The translations under genes were made by a program, and so were the position numbers. Below are positions 18,823 to 26,840 of a stretch of 64,000 bases of DNA, in pieces (positions within the stretch are counted from its first letter, which is position 1; every line of letters starts with the position of its first letter). This stretch comes from Candidatus Binataceae bacterium (lineage in GTDB: Bacteria; Desulfobacterota; Binatia; Binatales; Binataceae), in NCBI GenBank assembly GCA_030041155.1, contig JASHOJ010000187.1:1446-65445 (forward strand). Reading direction: 5' to 3'. The notes below the pieces were generated by a model. That model did not search any database, had not been told where the DNA came from, and saw nothing but the letters and a program-made list of their open reading frames with translations.

Positions 18823-19488
18823 TTAGGACAATAGGTATTCGAGCTGGCGCAGGCGCACCCGCGCCGCTTCCGTTGATACCTTAAACAGCTCGCTGGTCCG
18901 CTGGATCAGCAGCTGTTCTTCGATCGAGTGCTCATCAAGCCGGCCTTCCACGCTGCGCTCGGCGCGAAACGCCCCGACGTGCAATTGCATACGGCTCGTG
19001 GGCATCAACATGGCGCCGGAAACGTAGCAGGCGAGCCACTCCATCCAGTCAATGTCGCTGCTTGCGGGTTTGATGTGGGCTCGCAAACACTTGTGCCGTT
19101 CGGTGCGCCTGCAGTAGCGGTCGAATAACCAGGTCTGCCAATGCACGTGCCCATATTCGTGCGTCAACGTGTTGCGTTTGCGGTGCTCGCGCCAGTGCTG
19201 GTACGACAGCTCCCGCGCGATGCTCACGTGGGGTTTGTGACCGGGGAAGAACTCGGTGAGGCCGTGCACCTCCTCACCCTCCCCGCTGAGGTCACAGTAC
19301 AGGTTGAGTTTGGCAGTCTCGCGGTCCAGCAGCTCTACGAGCGCGTCGGTGGGGACGGGAATCGAGTATTGCCCGTACCGGCCCATGAGGAATGACTCCA
19401 TGATGCGCTCGCACTCCTCTTCCAGCTCTTCGATTTCGTAGTATGGCCGTTCGGGAAAGCGGCCGGTCCGGTCCGGAATCATCTTCAT
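18823..19488 (-). CDS. ImmA/IrrE-family metallo-endopeptidase
   Basis: HEXXH motif 'LTHEYGHVHW'. Translationally overlapped by the upstream XRE repressor gene. Positioned directly in front of trbB. Confidence 0.7.
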   Translation of the reverse strand: MKMIPDRTGRFPERPYYEIEELEEECERIMESFLMGRYGQYSIPVPTDALVELLDRETAKLNLYCDLSGEGEEVHGLTEFFPGHKPHVSIARELSYQHWREHRKRNTLTHEYGHVHWQTWLFDRYCRRTERHKCLRAHIKPASSDIDWMEWLACYVSGAMLMPTSRMQLHVGAFRAERSVEGRLDEHSIEEQLLIQRTSELFKVSTEAARVRLRQLEYLLS

Positions 19489-19823
19489 GATTTCTTCCCA
19501 CCTTTCCCCCCTCCTTTGCTCTTGAGCTCGCGCCGGAAAGCTCGATACGCGGCAGTAACCTGCTCTTCGTTTGCCTCCCCCGGGAGGATATCGGGTGGCA
19601 TTCGCTGCGCCCAGAAATAAAACACGTCGCGCTCCACCTTGAGCACATCGGCGAACTGGTCGAGCAGGTAGTCGGGCGGCTTGCCGCGATCGTGTTCGAG
19701 GTAGTTCAGGTAGGTGGCTGAAATCGGCTTACCGTCACGGTTCTTGATTAACGCCGCAAACTCCTTCTGGCTAAGCCCCTGCGCCTTGCGTCTCTCTATC
19801 AGGAATTGTCCCAGCGTCTTCAT
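19485..19823 (-). CDS. XRE-family HTH transcriptional repressor (ImmR-like)
   Basis: Internal Met 'MKTLGQFLIERRKAQGLSQKEFAALI' is a Cro/C1-type HTH. Lys/Gly-rich C-terminus. Confidence 0.65.
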   Translation of the reverse strand: MKTLGQFLIERRKAQGLSQKEFAALIKNRDGKPISATYLNYLEHDRGKPPDYLLDQFADVLKVERDVFYFWAQRMPPDILPGEANEEQVTAAYRAFRRELKSKGGGKGGKKS

Positions 19824-20106
19824 CGTGGCGCCAGACTTCCTCCAGCAGTTGCGTTCGCTCCGCCAGCGGCCTGCACCGCGGCTCCCGGCACCCGTTCGAC
19901 AATTTGCTTCGATGTGATCATACGTTTTGACGTCGGCATCCTGCCGCCTGGCTTGCCGAGACGGTCGTACCGATTCCTCGGTCCGTGCTCCTTTTTGCGC
20001 GCTCTCAACCGCGCCCTTTTCGTAAGACTTCCGCAATTGCAAAAGCGCTGCAAGTCCGTGGCATGCGGTTGTCCAGTGGACCTTCGGTGATCGGACAACT
20101 GGAGAA

Positions 20107-20132
20107 GGCGACCGAGCCATGGCTCGGTCGCC
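20107..20132 (-). terminator. Perfect 26-bp palindrome GGCGACCGAGCCATGGCTCGGTCGCC (hairpin: terminator or operator)
   Basis: Exact reverse-complement symmetry read directly from the sequence, 9 nt 3' of the ardC stop (20141-20143). The downstream minus-strand tract is only moderately U-rich. Confidence 0.35.
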
Positions 20133-20140
20133 GCGCGCAT

Positions 20141-21022
20141 TTATTCGGTGGTGCAAGAACCGTCGAGGATGTAGTCAGCGGCCTTTTGCGCCTTGGCGGC
20201 GGCGATCACGATCAGGCGCTTGTCGCTGCGCACTCGCGCCAACCACCCTTGAAGGTAGGCCGCTTCGTTCTCGATCACCGCCGGCGAAATTCCTGCCTCC
20301 GCGCAGAGATAGGCGGCTGACATTTCCGCGATTAACTCTTCCGCGGCGTATGTCGGCGAACCGAAGGGTGCCGCCTCCGCGATCGATTCACGATTGAGTC
20401 GCTTCGGGTGTCCTGCCGCGTGGGATTCTTCGTGGTTCAGGGTCGCATAAAATTCGGCAGCGCTGCTGAAAAGCTCGCGCGGCGGCAGCGTGATGCGATC
20501 GGCCGTCGGGCTATAGAAAGCTTTCGATCCGCCGAATTCAATAGCCGGCGGGTTCGGCATATTGGCGATGATCCGCTCCGCTGCTTCGATGGGATCGCGC
20601 TGGTACGTCTGAATCTTCGGAAGCCTGTCCAGCACCGCTTGCGGCAGCTCGCACTGCTCTACGTTCCAGAGTCGGTAATAGCGCAGGACGAAGCGTCGGC
20701 GATTCCTCCGGTCCGCTTCCACCTTCTCCAGGTCCGGCTCCGCCTCGGACTGCGATGCGCCATCTACTCGCCAGAACACGACGATTTGGCTTTGCTCGCC
20801 TTTCGGCACCGATCCGCCAAGCTCGTTAGCCTGCCTGAGCGTGAGCCAGTATGGCGACACGTACTTGGTCGCCGACAAAAGAAAGAAGTTCACGCCGCGA
20901 TAGATCTTTTTCGAGACGATGTTGCGCGGTGCTCCAGCCGCGCTCCATGGCCGACGCCACGGAATCACGCCTTGCTCAAGCAGGTTGATGATCCTCTCAG
21001 TCACGATTGCGTAAGTGTTCAT
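20141..21022 (-). CDS. ardC: Antirestriction protein ArdC (ssDNA-binding N-domain plus metalloprotease C-domain)
   Basis: 'MNTYAIVTERIINLLEQGVIPWRRPW' is an ArdC/DUF1738-type N-terminus. 'LNHEESHAAGH' is the HEXXH zinc-protease motif. Confidence 0.8.
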   Translation of the reverse strand: MNTYAIVTERIINLLEQGVIPWRRPWSAAGAPRNIVSKKIYRGVNFFLLSATKYVSPYWLTLRQANELGGSVPKGEQSQIVVFWRVDGASQSEAEPDLEKVEADRRNRRRFVLRYYRLWNVEQCELPQAVLDRLPKIQTYQRDPIEAAERIIANMPNPPAIEFGGSKAFYSPTADRITLPPRELFSSAAEFYATLNHEESHAAGHPKRLNRESIAEAAPFGSPTYAAEELIAEMSAAYLCAEAGISPAVIENEAAYLQGWLARVRSDKRLIVIAAAKAQKAADYILDGSCTTE

Positions 21023-21252
21023 TGTCGCTCCGCTCCTCTTCTGGCGCCCGCTTCCGCGAAAGCGGCAGGGCGCGGCTTGGTTCGTAAACACCCGAACCGT
21101 TTTCCGCCCTCGCGCTCTTCACCCCTGACTGAGAGTGCGAGGGTGGAAAGACTCGCCGCGGAGCGAAGCGGAGCTACCAATGAGCGCGACGGAGCAATTC
21201 AAGGCCGCCGTGACAAGCGCGAGCGGTCTCGGTCAGGGATGGCGCGGCGGCC

Positions 21253-21633
21253 TTGAGCGCAGCCGCGCAAGGCGGAGTGGTGGGCATTGCGGTGTTGCTC
21301 ACGTATGTGACTGCGATATACATTGTCAGGGTGGATTGGGAGGAAAGGCTGGCGAGTTGCGAAGGGTTCCAATGGGATGCCGGCAACGCGGCAAAGATCT
21401 GGGACCGTCATCAGGTGACCCCGGCCGAATGCGAGGAGCTGTTCTTCAATCGGCCTCTAGTGGTGGCCACTGACGAAGAGCACTCCGCAGGCGAAGAACG
21501 GCTCTACGCACTCGGCCAGAGCGATAGTGCAAGGCTGATGTTCGTGGTGTTTACGATTCGTGGGCGGCTGATCCGCGTGATCTCGGCACGCGATATGAGT
21601 CGCAAGGAGCGAAGGATTTACCGATCATCATGA
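21253..21633 (+). CDS. brnT: BrnT-family toxin (DUF497)
   Basis: 'FQWDAGNAAKIWDRHQVTPAECEE' matches the BrnT signature. The true start may be GTG at 21331, which gives ~100 aa. Confidence 0.6.
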   Translation: MSAAAQGGVVGIAVLLTYVTAIYIVRVDWEERLASCEGFQWDAGNAAKIWDRHQVTPAECEELFFNRPLVVATDEEHSAGEERLYALGQSDSARLMFVVFTIRGRLIRVISARDMSRKERRIYRSS

Positions 21634-21902
21634 AAAAGGCACTACCCAAATTCAAAAGTGAAGACGCCGAGCGGGAGTTTTGGGCAACTCACGACTCGAC
21701 CGAATTCGTCAATTGGCGCAAAGCGAAGCGCATGATCCCGCCGAGCCTGAGGCCCTCCTCGCAGACCATCTCACTGCGTCTACCTAAGCCGATGCTCGAT
21801 CGCCTCAAGCTTCTCGCGAACAAACGGGACGTGCCGTATCAATCGCTGTTGAAAATGTTCGTTGCGGAGCGGCTTGAGGCTGAGCTGAAGGGACAGCGAT
21901 GA
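21630..21902 (+). CDS. brnA: BrnA-family antitoxin (CopG-like)
   Basis: ATGA overlap with brnT. 'EREFWATHDSTEFVNW...SLRLPKPMLDRLKLLANKRDVPYQSLLKMFVAERL' is the BrnA/ribbon-helix-helix pattern. Confidence 0.6.
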   Translation: MKKALPKFKSEDAEREFWATHDSTEFVNWRKAKRMIPPSLRPSSQTISLRLPKPMLDRLKLLANKRDVPYQSLLKMFVAERLEAELKGQR

Positions 21903-22126
21903 AGTGCGAGATGAAGTGCGATCAGAATCCGTCGCTGAAGGGGGATAAAAACGCTGGGTGCAGACGCCAAATAGGTGAAAACCCGGCATAGAGTGCACCT
22001 AAGGGAGTGACTGGCAGTCTTACCCCTCGAAAGATCCGGAGTGCCGAGACCGTCCTGGGAGTGGTCCAGGCGTGAGCGCTGATGTGTTTTACCGGAAAAT
22101 CGGTAAGACAGCGCCATACTGTATGC

Positions 22127-22155
22127 TTGACAATCGCTGAAATACGACGTACAGT
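22127..22155 (+). promoter_or_regulatory. Sigma70-type promoter of the DGQHR/SNF2/MTase operon
   Basis: TTGACA (22127-22132), a 17-nt spacer, then TACAGT (22150-22155). The AAGGAG RBS (22174-22179) lies 7 nt before the ATG at 22187. Confidence 0.4.
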
Positions 22156-22186
22156 CTGTGGAGTTTTGACGCAAAGGAGCTATACA

Positions 22187-23308
22187 ATGATCCTTTCATT
22201 TCCGGCGATGCGAGGGCACATGGGCAGGCGGGATTACTTTGTCACGATGGTGAAGCTCAGCCTGGTCCCCAAGCTGTTCAAATTCCGCGACTGGGCAGAG
22301 TTGCCGCCCGAGCAGCGGGCGCAGCGCGTGATCCAGAAGAGCCGTATCCCGGAAATCACCCAGTACATTCTCGATAACGAGGACGGCTATCTGTTCTCCT
22401 CGCTGACAGCCTCCTTCGATTGCGAACCAACTTTCACGCCTGTGAAAGGTCGGGATGATCTAGGCACTCTCGAGGTGCCGTTCGACTCGGATCTCGTGAT
22501 CAACGACGGTCAGCATCGACGCGCGGCGATCGAAGAAGCTCTCACCCAAAATCCGAAACTTGGCGATGAAACAATCTCGGTCGTGCTCTTCCCGTTCGAG
22601 GATTTGGGGCGGATGCAGCAGATGTTTTCCGACCTGAATCGAACCGCGCGCACCACCTCTAAGTCGCTCAACATCCTGTACAACCAGCGCGATCTCATGA
22701 GCCAGATCACGCTGACCGCAACCGAGCGCATCGACGTTTTCAAGGGTCTCGTCGACAAGGACCGCGTATCGCTCGCACTGCGGTCGCCCAAGTTGTTCAC
22801 GCTTGCTGCGATATATGACGCCACCAACGCGCTGCTCGGGTCAGTAGTCGACGCCGACTACGACAATAAGTTAGCGCTGGCGCTTGAGTTCTGGGAGGTC
22901 GTGGCGGAAAACATGCCCGAGTGGGAAAAGGTGAAAAGCGGCGATCTGAGACCGATGGAGCTTCGACAGGAATTCATCCATTCGCATGCCGTCGTGCTAT
23001 GCGCACTCGGTTCGATGGGCCAGACGCTGATTTCCACCTATCCGGATGAATGGAAAGCGCAGCTTCGGGGTCTTCGCAAGATCGATTGGCGCCGAACGAA
23101 CAAGGAATGGCAGGGAATCGCGATGTCCGGAGCGGACGTAGTCAATCGGCGGCAGAACCGGATGGACACTGCGTCCTTTCTTAAGCTCAAGATGGGGTTG
23201 AAGCTGACGCCGGCTGAAGAGCGCTCCATCAAGGGCGCCACCGATATCTCGTTGATCATGAACGACCTGCGCAAGTTTGCGGGCGAGCCTGCGGCAGCGG
23301 AAAACTAA
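22187..23308 (+). CDS. DGQHR-domain protein, DndB-like (ParB/sulfiredoxin-fold)
   Basis: 'DSDLVINDGQHRRAAIEEAL' carries the DGQHR motif (22505-22519). 374 aa, DndB-like size. No dndA/C/D/E genes nearby. Confidence 0.75.
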   Translation: MILSFPAMRGHMGRRDYFVTMVKLSLVPKLFKFRDWAELPPEQRAQRVIQKSRIPEITQYILDNEDGYLFSSLTASFDCEPTFTPVKGRDDLGTLEVPFDSDLVINDGQHRRAAIEEALTQNPKLGDETISVVLFPFEDLGRMQQMFSDLNRTARTTSKSLNILYNQRDLMSQITLTATERIDVFKGLVDKDRVSLALRSPKLFTLAAIYDATNALLGSVVDADYDNKLALALEFWEVVAENMPEWEKVKSGDLRPMELRQEFIHSHAVVLCALGSMGQTLISTYPDEWKAQLRGLRKIDWRRTNKEWQGIAMSGADVVNRRQNRMDTASFLKLKMGLKLTPAEERSIKGATDISLIMNDLRKFAGEPAAAEN

Positions 23309-23323
23309 CTCGGGGGAACTTCG

Positions 23324-23605
23324 GTGGACGACTCAAGCCAGCTTGTCGCACAGTTTGAGAAAAACGCCAAAGAGGAAGTTCGAGTCAGCATCGACGAATT
23401 TCGCGGGCGAAAGATCATCAATATGCGAGTGTATTACCGGTCCGATAGCGGCAAGTGGCTGCCTGGCAAACAGGGGCTTGCGTTGGCTGTTGATCGCTAC
23501 CGTGATCTCGCCGATGCCGTTCTAAGGCTTGGCGAACGGCTGCAGTCGCAAGGCCTGTTGCCAAACGCCTCGATCTCGACCGGCTCACGGACAGAGGGCA
23601 AATAG
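23324..23605 (+). CDS. PC4-like (transcriptional coactivator p15 / YdbC-like) ssDNA-binding protein
   Basis: 'VRVSIDEFRGRKIINMRVYYRSDSGKWLPGKQGLALAVDRYRDLADAV' aligns by eye with human PC4 '[48 protein letters not shown]'. Confidence 0.55.
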   Translation: MDDSSQLVAQFEKNAKEEVRVSIDEFRGRKIINMRVYYRSDSGKWLPGKQGLALAVDRYRDLADAVLRLGERLQSQGLLPNASISTGSRTEGK

Positions 23606-23615
23606 GGGACGGCCT

Positions 23616-26600
23616 GTGCCCAGCAAGCGATCAACAAGCCGCGAAGTCCGTGAGAATCCAACATCTGCGCAACCGGACCGAAAATCGGGCGGCGATGTTC
23701 TCGTCGTCGACAACAGCGACACCGATTGGAAGGTTCGTGACTACCTCCGAGAGTGGACGGAAATTGCTCATACCTTCGACATAGCTACGGGTTTCTTCGA
23801 GATCGGATCATTGCTGATGCTCGACGGCCAATGGCAGAAGCTCGACAAGATTCGCATCCTGATGGGAGACGAGGTATCGAAGCGCACGAAGAAGGCACTC
23901 GTCGATGGACTGATCGCCAAGGTAAAGTCCAAGCTCGACGACAGCATCGAACGTGAGAAGGAGTCTAACGATTTTCTAAGCGGAGTTCCCGCCATTGTTG
24001 ACGCCATCCGAAACCGTAAAATCGAGTGTCGCGCGTACACGAAAGACCGCTTTCACGCCAAGGCCTATATAACCCACGCGAAACTCGCGGTCGTTGGTTC
24101 AGCGGCGCTCGTGGGCTCAAGCAATTTCTCGGCGCCGGGCATCAGCCAGAACGTTGAGCTGAACATTCAACTCCGGCGCGAGGTTGAGCTGCTTCAGGAA
24201 TGGTTCGAGCGTCACTGGAAGGAAGCTGGAGACATTTCTGACGAGATCCTCAAGGTCGTCGAGCGGCAGGTCCGCGAGTACTTGCCGTTCGAGGTCTATG
24301 CGAAAGCCCTACTGGAGTACTTTCGCAACCACGAAATCTCAGCCGGCGAATGGGAACAGCTCCAGTCACGGATGTTCAAAGTCTTGGACCAGTATCAAAA
24401 GGAAGGATACCAAGCGCTCGTCAAGATCGCTCGTCAATACGGCGGAGCGTTTCTCTGCGACGGCGTCGGCCTTGGCAAGACGTTTGTTGGCCTGATGCTG
24501 ATCGAGCGTCTCGTGATGTACGAACGCAAGCGCGTGATGTTGCTCGTGCCCAAGGCCGCCCGCGAGTCTGTCTGGGAAGCCTCACTCAAGCGATACCTGC
24601 CGCATCTTCTTGGTGACTTCAGTAATCTCGTTGTCTTCAATCACACCGACCTTGGCCGAGGCAACGAATTCCCGGAGCGCTTTCAGCGGATGAAGGAACT
24701 CGCCGACGTGATCATCGTCGACGAGGCCCATCATTTCCGAAATCCAGGTGTTCGAGGCGGCGAGGACGCCCGTCCAGGAATTCGCAGGAAGGCAGAGGTC
24801 GCGCCCTCCCGCTACTGGCGCCTTTTCGAGATCGCCGAGGGCAAGACGCTTTTCATGTTGACGGCGACGCCCGTCAATAACAGCTTGCTCGACCTACAGC
24901 ACATGATTGAACTCTTCTCTCGTAGGCAGCCTGATTATTTCAAGGCAGCGCCGCTGGGAATCCATTCGCTTCCGGGGCATTTCAGGAAGATAGAAAACGA
25001 CCTTCTAAAGGCGCTTGGCGCTTCGAAGCCGAAGGACGACGGAGCGACGGAAACTAACGAAGTCGAAGCTGAGCAGGTTCTGTTTAGCGATGAACTGTTC
25101 CGGGCTCTCGTCGTACAACGCAGCCGTGCTTACGTACGCGAGAGTCAGAAGCAAGCCGGCGCCACCGAAGCTATCTTCCCGACGCGTGAAGACCCCAAGG
25201 TGGTGGAGTATTCGGTCAAGAAGACGTACGGGCGGGTCCTTGAAATGGTCGAAGCAGCCTTTTCGAAGAGCAAGCCCCTGTTCTCCTTGGCGATGTACTA
25301 CCCTTTGGCCTACTACAAGGGCGACGATACCACCATCAATCCTTTCGAGGAAAACCGTCAGAAACAGCTGGTGGTATTGATCCGGACCCAGTTCCTGAAG
25401 CGCTTTGAGAGCTCAGCGAAGGCGTTCGAGCTCTCTTGCGAAGCTCTGCTCCTCAAGCTCCTCGCTTTCATGACCAAGAACTCTGTGACCGATTCCGAAA
25501 AGCGTCGGCTTGAGCGATGGCGAGGACAGAACGCGGAGCTTCTCGGCTCGGTCAGACAGCACCAGTTGGAGCTGTTCGAGGAGGAACCGGAGCCCGATGA
25601 GGACGTTATCACCGAAGAAATGCTTGACGATGTCGAGGAGCTGTCTCGCGACGAATATAAGGTCGAAGAGATACTCGACGAGTCCCTCCTCGACATGGAC
25701 CAGATCGCGAAATTCCTTCAGGAACTTCAAAAGCTCAAGCCCGCGCAGGACGATAAGCTGCGAGCGCTGGCGCGTCTCCTCAAGACCGACAAGATTCTCA
25801 AATCCCACAAGGTCTTGATCTTCACCGAATTCATGGCGACTGCGCGATATCTGGCACGCGAGTTGGACAAGGCCGGCTTCGAAGGAGTCGATGAGATTGA
25901 CAGTGCCCGCAAGCGAAACCGTTCCGATGTGATTCGGCAGTTCGCCCCGTACTACAACGGTTCGTCCAGCGCCGAACTCGCGCAAGTCGGTCTTTCCGAG
26001 ACGCGCATCCTAATTTCGACTGACGTACTATCCGAAGGCTTGAACCTGCAGGACGCCGCTCGCCTGATAAATTACGACATCCATTGGAACCCCGTCCGAC
26101 TCATGCAGCGTATCGGTCGCGTCGACCGACGTATGAGCCCAGAAATAGAAGCACAACTCGTCGCCGATCATCCGGAACAAAAGCCGTTAAGAGGACAGGT
26201 CACGTATTGGAATTTTTTGCCGCCGGATGAACTAAATCTTCTGCTCAGCCTGTACAGCACGGTTTCCCACAAGACGCTGCGTATTTCGAAGACCTTTGGA
26301 ATTGAAGGGAAGAAGCTCCTCAAACCCGACGATGATTATGATGCGCTGCGAGACTTTATTCACTCCTACGAAGGTTCGACGACTCCCATCGAGAAGATGC
26401 ACCTTGAATATCAGCGGCTTCTCTCTGACTTTCCCGATTTGAAGGCGCGCCTCGACGTGCTTCCTGGGCGTGTATTCAGTGGAAAGCAGAACCTTAAGCC
26501 CGGAGCGCGAGGGGTGTTTTTCTGCTACGCACTCCCAACGCCGGCCGGTCCAGCCGAGCAGCGCGCAGAGGGCGAAGAGAACGGTTGGTCGGTGGAAAGG

Positions 26601-26840
26601 GGATACACCCGCTGGTTTCTCGCTGATCTCGACAGCGAGAAAATACTGGACGAGCCGTCTGAAATTATCGACTCCATCCGTAGCGATCCCGACACCCCGC
26701 GACGGGCGGTGTTGGACAAGGCTTTGCTTACCGAGACTCGTGTTCGGGTCGAAAAACACATCAAGAACACTTACCTCAAACAGGTACAAGCGCCGGTCGG
26801 AGTTAAGCCGTTGCTGAAAGCATGGATGGAGCTCAACTGA
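23616..26840 (+). CDS. PLD (HKD) nuclease-SNF2-family helicase fusion protein
   Basis: N-terminal 'DRFHAKAYITHAKLAVVGSAALVGSSNFS' HxK(x4)D(x6)GSxN motif at ~24050. SNF2 motifs 'GVGLGKT', 'IIVDEAHHFRN', 'LTATPVNN', 'LISTDVLSEGLNLQ', 'QRIGRVDR'. The track ORF begins at 23529 but overlaps the upstream gene; a GTG at 23616 lies 11 nt after the upstream stop. Start is uncertain. Confidence 0.8.
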   Translation: MPSKRSTSREVRENPTSAQPDRKSGGDVLVVDNSDTDWKVRDYLREWTEIAHTFDIATGFFEIGSLLMLDGQWQKLDKIRILMGDEVSKRTKKALVDGLIAKVKSKLDDSIEREKESNDFLSGVPAIVDAIRNRKIECRAYTKDRFHAKAYITHAKLAVVGSAALVGSSNFSAPGISQNVELNIQLRREVELLQEWFERHWKEAGDISDEILKVVERQVREYLPFEVYAKALLEYFRNHEISAGEWEQLQSRMFKVLDQYQKEGYQALVKIARQYGGAFLCDGVGLGKTFVGLMLIERLVMYERKRVMLLVPKAARESVWEASLKRYLPHLLGDFSNLVVFNHTDLGRGNEFPERFQRMKELADVIIVDEAHHFRNPGVRGGEDARPGIRRKAEVAPSRYWRLFEIAEGKTLFMLTATPVNNSLLDLQHMIELFSRRQPDYFKAAPLGIHSLPGHFRKIENDLLKALGASKPKDDGATETNEVEAEQVLFSDELFRALVVQRSRAYVRESQKQAGATEAIFPTREDPKVVEYSVKKTYGRVLEMVEAAFSKSKPLFSLAMYYPLAYYKGDDTTINPFEENRQKQLVVLIRTQFLKRFESSAKAFELSCEALLLKLLAFMTKNSVTDSEKRRLERWRGQNAELLGSVRQHQLELFEEEPEPDEDVITEEMLDDVEELSRDEYKVEEILDESLLDMDQIAKFLQELQKLKPAQDDKLRALARLLKTDKILKSHKVLIFTEFMATARYLARELDKAGFEGVDEIDSARKRNRSDVIRQFAPYYNGSSSAELAQVGLSETRILISTDVLSEGLNLQDAARLINYDIHWNPVRLMQRIGRVDRRMSPEIEAQLVADHPEQKPLRGQVTYWNFLPPDELNLLLSLYSTVSHKTLRISKTFGIEGKKLLKPDDDYDALRDFIHSYEGSTTPIEKMHLEYQRLLSDFPDLKARLDVLPGRVFSGKQNLKPGARGVFFCYALPTPAGPAEQRAEGEENGWSVERGYTRWFLADLDSEKILDEPSEIIDSIRSDPDTPRRAVLDKALLTETRVRVEKHIKNTYLKQVQAPVGVKPLLKAWMELN

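Noticed and set aside
20408-21256. 282-aa plus-strand ORF
   Set aside because: Antisense to ArdC. Arg-rich, low-complexity.
25413-25985. 190-aa minus-strand ORF
   Set aside because: Antisense inside the SNF2 gene.
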